From the NCBI GenBank assembly GCA_946611235.1, contig CAMODE010000003.1, forward strand, positions 1-61,804: DNA of 61,804 nucleotides. The letters run 5' to 3'. Of the stretch, positions 1-8,500 are shown piece after piece. The notes under the pieces were generated by a model. The model searched no databases and was not told the DNA's origin. It saw only the letters and a program-made list of their open reading frames with translations. The stretch is from an uncultured Bacillales bacterium (GTDB lineage Bacteria; Bacillota_I; Bacilli_A; RF39; UBA660). The stretch's first letter is position 1. Every line of letters starts with the position of its first letter. Made by a program: the position numbers and the translations under genes.

Positions 1-105
1 AATAATTTCATCTAATGTATAATTAATCTTATTTTTATTATATAAAAAGATTTGATATAAAATAGTCATAGTTTTCTCTCTAGTTATTGTTCTATTAGCT
101 TTCAT
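1..105 (-). CDS. Partial CDS (N-terminal 35 codons, runs off the window edge), unknown function
   Basis: ATG at 105-103 with AAGAGGTG Shine-Dalgarno about 7 nt upstream. The frame is open to the window edge (MKANRTITREKTMTILYQ...). Confidence 0.3.
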   Translation of the reverse strand, partial: MKANRTITREKTMTILYQIFLYNKNKINYTLDEII

Positions 106-182
106 TTTGCACACCTCTTAATAAGTTTATCATAAATTACTATTTTTTTAAAGATAGTTTTATGTATTTTATTTAAAAACTA

Positions 183-378
183 GTTACAGTTCAGTCAAAG
201 AAAGTAAAAAGTCCAATAAATCCCTTATAAATACTAGTATTAATGGCTATATTAATTCATATACTTCTGATAATAATTTCATCTAATTGTAATGAATTTT
301 AGCAATTATTAATAATCTTTACTTCCTTTTTCATAAAATATGTTCTTAAGACCAATGTTTATCTGACTAAATTGTAAC
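183..378. mobile_element. 196-bp MITE-like element sharing terminal inverted repeats with the IS at 4289-5278
   Basis: Terminal inverted repeats GTTACAGTTCAGTC (183-196) and GACTAAATTGTAAC (365-378, 12/14 complementary). Flanking 8-bp near-identical direct repeats AAAAACTA (175-182) and AAAAACCA (379-386). No ORF. Confidence 0.5.
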
Positions 379-437
379 AAAAACCAGTATGAATTATTTT
401 CATACTAGTTTAATTATATTATTATAATAAAAAGATA

Positions 438-2222
438 TTAGCCATCTATTGTATGCACCTCAGGAGCCCTATTGTCTGGGTAGGAAATAACATATGTTCC
501 ATCATCTAAATATGAAATATGTGTTCCATCTGTTTTATGTATGAAAGTTAATTTACCATTTTCATAATGTTCCTTTGATCCATCTTCAAGAATTTTTTCT
601 GCAAATTTAATTGTACCATCAGCATTATAATGAAAAAATTCTCCATTTGAATATTCAATTTTATATTCTCCATTATCATAATAATTTTCAACCGAATCAC
701 TATTCACAACTCTATATTGATTTTCGAAATATGATATCTTTGGCGTTGCTCCTCCATTATCGTTATATTCTAATATATGTCCACTTTGGTGATCATAAAT
801 AGCATTATAGTCTTTGTTTCCTATTTGGGCTAGGGCACCATCCTCATAAAAATTTTTATAAGAGCCATCACCTCGTTTTATGGTCATTTGTGAAGATAGT
901 TCATTTTTACCATAACGTGTTCCATCATTTAGTGTTATTTCTTTAATATCATATTCATCTGTGAAATTTATTTTATTACCTTCATTATCTACTATTGAAT
1001 TTGATTTATTGAAATAATTCCCATCATTAAAATTAACAACATAATTTTTATCTTCAATAGTACAAAAAGTATTTGTTTTATCGTTAAAATTTGATAATAT
1101 TTTACCATCACTAGTTGCAAATTCTTTTAATACATTATTGTTATCTAATGTAATAATACTTCCATCGTTTAAATAATAAGATAAAGTGTCTTTCTTCTCA
1201 ATTTTCAATAACTTTTTATCATTATTAAAATAATATATATCATTTTCATTTGTAATTGTAAAGCAACCATTATTATAGTATGTTGCAGAACAATATTGAT
1301 GATGGTTTGAATAATTTATATTTAGAGTATCCATTATCTCATAACTAATATAATTGATCTTTACATAATTGGCTCCAACCTCTTTTACTGGTTCATTGTG
1401 AGATGAAGAATAATATTTAATTATACCATTATTATCTATTTCTTTATCATCGTATTCAATGGTTTCTCCATTTAATCCGATAACTGTTTCTTTACTTCCA
1501 AAAATTCCTAATATTTTCCCTTTATCTTTTTGCTGATCAAATAAATCATGATAAAAACTACCCATTGAGTTATTTAATGAATTATTAATGTCATTAATAT
1601 TTTTTTCATATGTTAAATTTATATTTTCTAATACAAATTTTTCCTTAAGACTAACATATCCATTTAATAATTCCTTTGCATTATGCATATTTTCTGATAA
1701 TTCTTTAAAATCTCTTTTATTCTCCAAAAGTGCATTAACATTTAATAGAACAACATTGGGAATAATATTGTTTATTTTCTTTAAAATATCGTCATTAGAA
1801 ATATTATTCTTTGTGGCCGATGAAGTAGAATTATTATTTGTTTCTTGTAAATTATTTTTAATATTATTAGCATATTCTTCGTATGCTTTGTCAAAAGTAT
1901 TTGTTCCAAATATTAAATCATTAACTTTTAATTGTATTATGCTATAGTCATAACCCATATTTTCAAGTTCTTTTTTTCTATCTTCACCTGAACCATATTT
2001 ACCAGCAATAACATCATTAGCTACTTTAATCAGTTCTTCAGCTGATGATATATTAGTTGAGATAGTTTCATCAAATTTTAGTTCTTCTATCTCCTTTTTT
2101 CTATTTTGAATAGTTTTATTAACAGAAATGTTTCTTGTGTTAATGGTATTACCATATTTACTAGTAGAATAATTATTATTTATAAAATATTTACCTTCAT
2201 TACCAGAAATAATATCTGCCAT
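438..2222 (-). CDS. T7SS-locus-associated 594-aa protein: CW_7/Cpl-7-like cell-wall-binding motif plus C-terminal Y/D/G-rich beta repeats (MORN-variant/YwqK-like)
   Basis: ORF track gives 438..2249. The preferred start is ATG 2222 (MADIISG) with AAGGAGGG 8 nt upstream. VANDVIAGKYGSGEDRKKELENMGYDYSIIQLKVNDL fits the CW_7 repeat pattern. The last ~300 aa show recurrent Y..DG / Y.N.G periodicity. Confidence 0.7.
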   Translation of the reverse strand: MADIISGNEGKYFINNNYSTSKYGNTINTRNISVNKTIQNRKKEIEELKFDETISTNISSAEELIKVANDVIAGKYGSGEDRKKELENMGYDYSIIQLKVNDLIFGTNTFDKAYEEYANNIKNNLQETNNNSTSSATKNNISNDDILKKINNIIPNVVLLNVNALLENKRDFKELSENMHNAKELLNGYVSLKEKFVLENINLTYEKNINDINNSLNNSMGSFYHDLFDQQKDKGKILGIFGSKETVIGLNGETIEYDDKEIDNNGIIKYYSSSHNEPVKEVGANYVKINYISYEIMDTLNINYSNHHQYCSATYYNNGCFTITNENDIYYFNNDKKLLKIEKKDTLSYYLNDGSIITLDNNNVLKEFATSDGKILSNFNDKTNTFCTIEDKNYVVNFNDGNYFNKSNSIVDNEGNKINFTDEYDIKEITLNDGTRYGKNELSSQMTIKRGDGSYKNFYEDGALAQIGNKDYNAIYDHQSGHILEYNDNGGATPKISYFENQYRVVNSDSVENYYDNGEYKIEYSNGEFFHYNADGTIKFAEKILEDGSKEHYENGKLTFIHKTDGTHISYLDDGTYVISYPDNRAPEVHTIDG

Positions 2223-2235
2223 AGATGTACCCTCC

Positions 2236-2529
2236 TTAAAATCTCTCAATAAATATTTCTTCTATTTTATTTGCTTTAGATAATATATCTAATTCATCTT
2301 TATTTATTTTGTCAATAATTATATTTAGTTTTTTCTTATAATTATCTAAATCCCTCTTAGTATATTTTAAAGAATTTTTTAGATTATTTAATGAATTATA
2401 ATAATAATAGTCTTTAGGGACAAATGTATTATATAAATTATTATTAACTATATTTAAATTTTCTATTATATCATTTAAAGTATAAATAATATCTTGTCTT
2501 TTTTCTTTATCATAATATATTGTTGACAT
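2236..2529 (-). CDS. Small (97 aa) helical protein, T7SS accessory/substrate or immunity candidate
   Basis: Tightly packed with neighbouring genes in the esx cluster. No TM segment, coiled-coil-like composition, WXG100-superfamily size. Confidence 0.55.
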   Translation of the reverse strand: MSTIYYDKEKRQDIIYTLNDIIENLNIVNNNLYNTFVPKDYYYYNSLNNLKNSLKYTKRDLDNYKKKLNIIIDKINKDELDILSKANKIEEIFIERF

Positions 2530-2531
2530 AT

Positions 2532-2801
2532 TTAATCACCATTATTCTTATATTTACTATATTTACTTTCAATGCTTTTATATAAAAGCAATATATTATC
2601 TAGTTGTTCTAAAATAAGTATATTATTATTCTTTTCCTTAATAATTTTTTCATCAAATACAATTTTTTCCTTATCGTGCCAATAACTATCTAATTTGGAA
2701 AGCTCAAAAAAAATAGTATAACTTGTTTCTTTATAATCTTTTATATATTTATCCAATATAATTATATTTTCACCTATTTTATTAGTATCTGTTTTTAGCA
2801 T
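2532..2801 (-). CDS. Small (89 aa) helical protein with degenerate W-x-G-like centre (SYWHDKE)
   Basis: 2-nt spacing to the downstream gene. Size and central YWHD motif are reminiscent of the WXG100 superfamily. Confidence 0.55.
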   Translation of the reverse strand: MLKTDTNKIGENIIILDKYIKDYKETSYTIFFELSKLDSYWHDKEKIVFDEKIIKEKNNNILILEQLDNILLLYKSIESKYSKYKNNGD

Positions 2802-2809
2802 ACAGGCTC

Positions 2810-3091
2810 CTAACTATTAGAAATATCTTCTAATATCTTATAATATTTTTTTTTAGCTTCAGGAATTAATTTGTTTTTTATTATGGTTTTATTGTTGCTT
2901 ATATTATTTATAATAACATCTAATTCATTACTAGAAAAGATTGCTTCATTAATCTTTAAAAAAAGACAGCCCTTTTTCCTATATAAAAGTAAATTAGAAT
3001 ATATTTTTTCTAATCTATTATAATTGTCATTTAAGTTTTTTATTAATTCTTCATATTGATATTTTAACTGATACAATAACATTACACACAT
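2810..3091 (-). CDS. Small (93 aa) helical protein, T7SS-associated candidate
   Basis: Same strand and tight spacing in the esx cluster. No recognisable motif. Confidence 0.5.
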   Translation of the reverse strand: MCVMLLYQLKYQYEELIKNLNDNYNRLEKIYSNLLLYRKKGCLFLKINEAIFSSNELDVIINNISNNKTIIKNKLIPEAKKKYYKILEDISNS

Positions 3092-3150
3092 CTCCTCTCA
3101 AAAATATATCAAATAATTAATATACTTTTGAGAAAAAACATGTTTTTCTC

Positions 3151-3501
3151 TTATTCTTCAATTTGAGTATTGGCAAATGATTGTCTTACATTTTCGTCTG
3201 ATTGTATATAACTTTGAATAACTTTGTGATAAACAATGGCGAAACTTGAATCTGTCGACTCACTATCAAGGTATTTATACAAATCGCTTAATGCCGCGTG
3301 TACTTTTTGTATAAAACCTTCCATTGCCTCAGATTGATTTCCGTAAAAAGCCGCATTAACTCTTTCTCTTAACATTTTATCGGATTTTTCAACTCTTTCT
3401 TTTAAAGCGTTTTTAATACTGTCCATTTTTCTAGCAGCAGTTTTAGCTAATTCTGGATCCATACCCAATATATTATTATTATTATTATTATTATTATTCA
3501 T
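3151..3501 (-). CDS. 116-aa helical Esx-partner-like protein with N-terminal poly-Asn tract
   Basis: Lies immediately downstream of the WXG100 gene, with GGAGGTGA RBS upstream. The helical hairpin-like sequence is less AT-rich than its surroundings, suggesting a conserved, expressed gene. A hairpin follows at 3130-3150. Confidence 0.7.
   Translation of the reverse strand: MNNNNNNNNNILGMDPELAKTAARKMDSIKNALKERVEKSDKMLRERVNAAFYGNQSEAMEGFIQKVHAALSDLYKYLDSESTDSSFAIVYHKVIQSYIQSDENVRQSFANTQIEE
3472..3498. repeat. (ATT)9 trinucleotide microsatellite = nine Asn codons directly after the start codon of 3151..3501
   Basis: Read directly from the sequence: 27 nt of perfect ATT repeats on the plus strand. 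Confidence 0.95.
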
Positions 3502-3536
3502 TAATTTTCACCTCCGTTTAATAATTAATTATATTA

Positions 3537-3842
3537 TTATTGCGGGAATTCTGTTCTTCCCCCAGTAACATGACTATTTTGCTTAGACGCCCATTCATCT
3601 TGGGTTCTTTTAAATTGGCGCCCCATTTCTTCATAAACTTCACTAACTGCTTCACGAGTTTTATTGCATACATTAAGAAATTCACTAACAAATTGAGCTG
3701 AATCTGCTCCGTGCCAAGATGCCTCAATATCGTCTACTAAACTATTTAATTCATTCATATCGCTTAATAGAAAATTTTTAGCATTCGTTATATCATATTG
3801 CAATTGATTACATTCTTCAGGATTATATCCAATAAATGCCAT
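3537..3842 (-). CDS. esxA: WXG100 family protein (EsxA-like T7SS substrate)
   Basis: 101 aa with a central W-x-G motif (EASWHGADSAQF). GGAGGTGA RBS upstream. Same locus as essC. Confidence 0.85.
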   Translation of the reverse strand: MAFIGYNPEECNQLQYDITNAKNFLLSDMNELNSLVDDIEASWHGADSAQFVSEFLNVCNKTREAVSEVYEEMGRQFKRTQDEWASKQNSHVTGGRTEFPQ

Positions 3843-3886
3843 AATTTCACCTCCCTACTTTTGTTATTTATATTAAACTAAAAAAA

Positions 3887-4189
3887 TTAGCTAATATCAT
3901 ATTTATTATAATTAATATAATTTTTTTTATCCATAGCAACGTATTTATTAACTATTTGACTAATATATTCAACGTATGATTTTCTATTATTCAGAACAAT
4001 GTTTAAATCATTAAATAAGTTTTCCTTTTTTTTCTTAATAAGAGGTAAATTATCACTTGTATAAAATGATTCTAAATTATTAATACATATTTTTATGTTC
4101 GAAATTATTTTTTCTTCATTTTCAATAGTTAATTTTAATCTATTTATTATCGCAATTAATGAATTTGAATCAATAAATTCTTTATCCAT
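3887..4189 (-). CDS. Small (100 aa) helical protein, first gene of the esx substrate cluster
   Basis: AGGTGA RBS upstream. Helical composition and WXG100-like size. Confidence 0.55.
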   Translation of the reverse strand: MDKEFIDSNSLIAIINRLKLTIENEEKIISNIKICINNLESFYTSDNLPLIKKKKENLFNDLNIVLNNRKSYVEYISQIVNKYVAMDKKNYINYNKYDIS

Positions 4190-4259
4190 AATTTCACCTA
4201 TACCTTATACATTTATCATACATTTAAATTTTATCATAATTAATTATATATGTAAAGAA

Positions 4260-4284
4260 AAAGTGTCAATTAATTTGACACTTT
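4260..4284 (-). terminator. Rho-independent-type hairpin, the original essC-esaB terminator now separated from esaB by the IS
   Basis: 10-bp stem AAAGTGTCAA/TTGACACTTT with a 5-nt loop. On the minus strand it is followed by TTTTTCTTT. Confidence 0.55.
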
Positions 4285-4288
4285 CTTC

Positions 4289-5278
4289 GTTACAGTTCAG
4301 TCGAGAGAAATAGTTGTTGATAGATGAAAACCACTATTTTTCACAAATTTAAGGGTTTTGGCTACAATTTTTGAGAAGTCAATAGACTTCTTTTGTTTTG
4401 CTTGAGAAAATATATAAGATAGAAGGAAAACTTATGACAGAAATAGATCATATTGAAGCATCTTTATTAGAATCATACTATATAAATCATGATGAATCAC
4501 AAATAAAGATTAATGGTGAAGGAAACAATATTTTAGGTGCATGTAATAAAACTCATACAAGGCTTTGGGTGAGTAAGAACAAATCAAAAGAAGCGTTAAA
4601 TGCTATAGGTTTCTTGCCAAAATATCATGGAATAATAGTAAAAGATGGTACAGAGTTATATAATTCATTTGGAATTGCATTATCGCAGTGTTTATCTCAT
4701 ATATTGAGATATTTAAAACCATATTATACAGAAATAAAGCACATATCACCCCATAAAATGAAAGAGTTTTTAAGTAATTGTATTAAAAAGCGAAATACTC
4801 TAATTGATAGTGGAGTGAGTTCATTTGCAGATGATGAATATAAATCATTAATAAATGAGTATGATAGTATAATAGATACTTGGGAAAAGGAATTAAAAGA
4901 AGATAATAAAAACTATTTATTTAATGACGAGTATTGTCTGTGGAGAAGAATGAAATATGCTAATAAGAATATGGATAAAGAGTATCGTGGTGTTCGAGAC
5001 GAGATATTATATTTTCTAAAAGACTTTAAAGTACCAGCAACAAATAACCCGGTAGAAAATGCACAGAGACCAGCAAAAATAAAACAAAAAATTGGAAAAT
5101 TTAGAAGTAGTACCGGAGCAGATAATTATGTAATAATAAGAAGCTGTATAAGTACTTATAAGAAAAAAGACACTAATGTATTAAAATCATTAGTATCTGC
5201 TTTTAATGGTATTGTCACTATTGCATAGAAAGTAAGATAAAACTTACTTATTTTCTAGTGTCTAAACTGAACTGTAAC
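4289..5278 (+). mobile_element. IS66-family insertion sequence, 990-bp deletion derivative
   Basis: Inverted repeats GTTACAGTTCAGTC (4289-4302) and AACTGAACTGTAAC (5265-5278, 13/14). Perfect 8-bp target-site duplication CTTTCTTC at 4281-4288 and 5279-5286. Encodes an IS66-type transposase core. Confidence 0.8.
4398..5228 (+). CDS. IS66-family (TnpC-type DDE) transposase lacking the usual N-terminal region
   Basis: INHDESQIKING... (DET-like), IVKDGTELYN (xxDGYxxY-like), QCLSHILRYL, and C-terminal NNPVENAQRPAKIKQKIGKFRSSTGADNYVIIRSCISTYKK all match IS66 TnpC motif order. The ORF is only 276 aa and starts about 100 nt from the left IR. Confidence 0.7.
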   Translation: MLEKIYKIEGKLMTEIDHIEASLLESYYINHDESQIKINGEGNNILGACNKTHTRLWVSKNKSKEALNAIGFLPKYHGIIVKDGTELYNSFGIALSQCLSHILRYLKPYYTEIKHISPHKMKEFLSNCIKKRNTLIDSGVSSFADDEYKSLINEYDSIIDTWEKELKEDNKNYLFNDEYCLWRRMKYANKNMDKEYRGVRDEILYFLKDFKVPATNNPVENAQRPAKIKQKIGKFRSSTGADNYVIIRSCISTYKKKDTNVLKSLVSAFNGIVTIA

Positions 5279-5567
5279 CTTTCTTCACTTCTACTATTGT
5301 AAGCTTTGTAGAATTTCTTATGTCAGTATTTATAATTATATCATTCGGATTATATATATTTCCAGTTTCTATATTAATTAAAATATATTTTTTATCAGAT
5401 GAAAAGACTCCTTCAGAAAGATCTTCAACCGATTTAATGATTAAAGCATTTACTTTCCAAACATATTCATTAACTGGAATATAAATATCATAATAAATAT
5501 CTAAATTAGGAATATATAGATTTATTAATACTTTATTGTTCAATGATGTCACCTTCTTTGAATTCAC
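5262..5567 (-). CDS. esaB: YukD/EsaB-like ubiquitin-fold T7SS protein, with last codons supplied by the IS inverted repeat
   Basis: About 100 aa, directly downstream of and overlapping essC. Beta-grasp-like alternating pattern. The final GYSSV* is encoded by the IS right IR. Confidence 0.65.
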   Translation of the reverse strand: MNSKKVTSLNNKVLINLYIPNLDIYYDIYIPVNEYVWKVNALIIKSVEDLSEGVFSSDKKYILINIETGNIYNPNDIIINTDIRNSTKLTIVEVKKGYSSV

Positions 5568-8500
5568 TTAGTTCTATTGTTTTAATTAATTCTGCTCTAC
5601 CATCTTTGATTATAAAACCAAAATTATTTTGGTATGTTCTTTCCATCTCTTTACTTAGTTTACTTAATTTAAACATATTTTGATCTGATAATCCTGTGCC
5701 AATCCATATTCCATCTGTATCATTTTGAATATTACGATACCATGTGTCAAATTCAGATTTCTTTATTTTCTTATAATCATCAGCAATTATTAGGTTTACT
5801 GTTTCAATACTTTTTAATTCATTAGTGAACTCGTCTAACTTATTTATATTTATTTTTAACTTAAATTTATAAAAATTTTGAAAATATATTATTGTTCTAA
5901 AGCCTATACTATTAGTTTTAACTTGCCTTAAAAAATGAATTAGAATATCGATTATCTTATCTGGATTGTTATCATAGTAATACTTAATAATATTTGATAC
6001 TTCAGGGATTTCTTTATTTATATCAATAACTATTATTTGAATATCATTTAATCTTAATAATTCATTTATAATAGTTCTTGAAAAGTTGGCTGTATTGATA
6101 GAAGTAGTGCTAAATATAAATGTTGATAAATAGCTAGTGAAATCATAAGTAATAATTTCTAATGTTTTTTTTGATATGCCTATTGGAATACATGTTAAAT
6201 TTTTTAAATACTTTGATACATAATCAATTGTTATTAGTTTAGGGAGTGTTGGTATATGCTCAGCAATTAATGAATTACTATTTTTTATTGTTTCTATAAT
6301 GCTATTCAAATATTGACTTGGATTATCATTTATTAAAGCAGTTTGAAATTCATATATGTCTTCCATTTTAAATATACCTCTCCCTGGTATTTCTTTAGGT
6401 ATTGTATTTACCCTATTAAATATAGTGCTGTATTCAGAAATATCATTTAATTTTAAAGCAAATATTGAATTAAAGTTTTGTTTTATCTTTCTTCTAATTG
6501 ACCCATCACTATTAGCAGTAAAGACAAAAAACAAACCATATCTTAATCCATCTCTTGTAATTTTTATTATTTCATCATCTAAATTAGGATTTGCTTCTTC
6601 AAAAGCATCATAGTTATTTATTATTATACCTATTAGCGGTATTTTATTTTCAGTGACTTTTATATAATTATTATATTCCCCGCCAAAGGAAGAAAACAAT
6701 TGCTTTCTTTCTGAAAGTTTATGATTAATTAGTTTTAATAAATTAAGCAGTTTTTCATCTTCATCTAAATATACTATATCTCCTATATGAGGGAAAGAAC
6801 TAAATTTACGTAAAGATTCTGAACCATAATCAATTATGTAGTAATTAATATCGCTACTTGTATATCTTGTAATAGTAGAATATATCATGGCATCAATGAA
6901 CATTTCTTTGTCCGAACCTTCATTGCCATATATAATTGTATTGCCATCTTTATTTAAATTTATTTTCAATAATCCTTGACTCTGATTGTTTGGATCATCG
7001 TATTCCCCAATTATTGCATATATATCATCTTTTGGTATATTATTACTATATTTATTTATTAAATCATCAATATAGATTAAATTAGGTACATTATCAAGCC
7101 ATAGTCTTTGTGAAAAGATATTTTCTCTTTGAGCAGCTTCCATAATATGCTTCATTATTGCGGCTATTTCTTCACCTTTGGCTGGTCCTTTATTTGATGC
7201 TCCTTGCATACTTTTTATAATATAGCCTGTATTATTTATAAAATCAACCGATTTATCAACATTCTTCTTAACTTTATCAGAAGGAAAATACTTTGCTCCA
7301 CACCATGCAGATTGACCTAATTGAAATAATTCGTTATAGCCAACTTGTAAATAATATCTCCCAACTTGTTTTAATTCTGCTGCTTCAGGTCTTTTAAGCA
7401 TTTCCATACTATCTGCTTTTTCCTGTACTTTTAAGCATACTCTAAATTTGCTGTTACTCCAGATTTGATCATCCACTACTCCACTGGGCTTCTGGGTAGC
7501 AAGAACTAAATGAATTCCCAAACTACGTCCTATTCTAGCTATACTAATTAGGTTATCCATAAAATCTGGCTGCTGACTTTTCAATTCGGCAAACTCATCG
7601 CATATTATTATTAAGTGAGGAATTGGTTCGTCTAATTTACCATCTCGATAAAATTGCTGATATTTATAAATGTCAATGGTACTTTCCCCTAATTTATCTT
7701 TTGCATTATTAAATATTTTCTGCCTTCTTCGAACTTCACTATCAATGCTAACTAGCGTTCTATCCATTTCTGCTTTGTCTAAATTAGTTATTGTTCCTGC
7801 AAGATGAGGAAGCTTAATTCCAACATTTCTATTTTCAAAAGCTCCAGCTAGACTGCCTCCTTTATAATCAATAAGAACAAACGATACTTCATAAGGACTA
7901 TAATTTATAGCCATTGATAATACATATGTTATTATAAATTCTGATTTTCCTGAACCAGTCATACCTGCAATTAAACCATGTGGACCATGAAATTTTTCAT
8001 GTAAATCTAGATACATTAAATCACCATTCTCATCAATTCCCACTTCTGCTTTTAGTGATTTGATTGGATCATTATTTTTCCACCTATTTATTATATTTAA
8101 TTGTTCAACTTTACCAACATTTTCCATTTCAAGAAATGATATTGAAGTTGGCAAGCTCTTTGGCCCTCTTTCAAATTCGATTGGTATATTTGATATTATT
8201 TTGCCAACCAAATTCATATCAATACCGTAATCTATTTCATCATTAAAATTAATTACTTTTTGTTCTTCATAAGCGTTTTCTAAAACTTGAGATGAAGAAT
8301 CACCTATTGAAATGAAATTTGAACATTTACTTGGTAGTTTACTTAACTTGTTTTCAATTAATATGAGGCTAAATCCGTAATTATTATTTATTTCAGTTAT
8401 TATTTTCATAAAATTAATTTTTCTTATTTTACTATAATTATCTGTAATGATTAGATAATATGGTTTAAAAGAAGTATATTCTCTATTCACATCATTCATA

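Noticed and set aside
1-289. 16-nt identity AATAATTTCATCTAAT at 1-16 and 274-289 (inside the MITE)
   Set aside because: The match is short and AT-only, with an indel immediately after. This cannot be told apart from chance in such AT-rich DNA.
3518-3727. ORF-track entry 3518..3727 (-)
   Set aside because: It overlaps the WXG100 gene in another frame, with no RBS and no motif.
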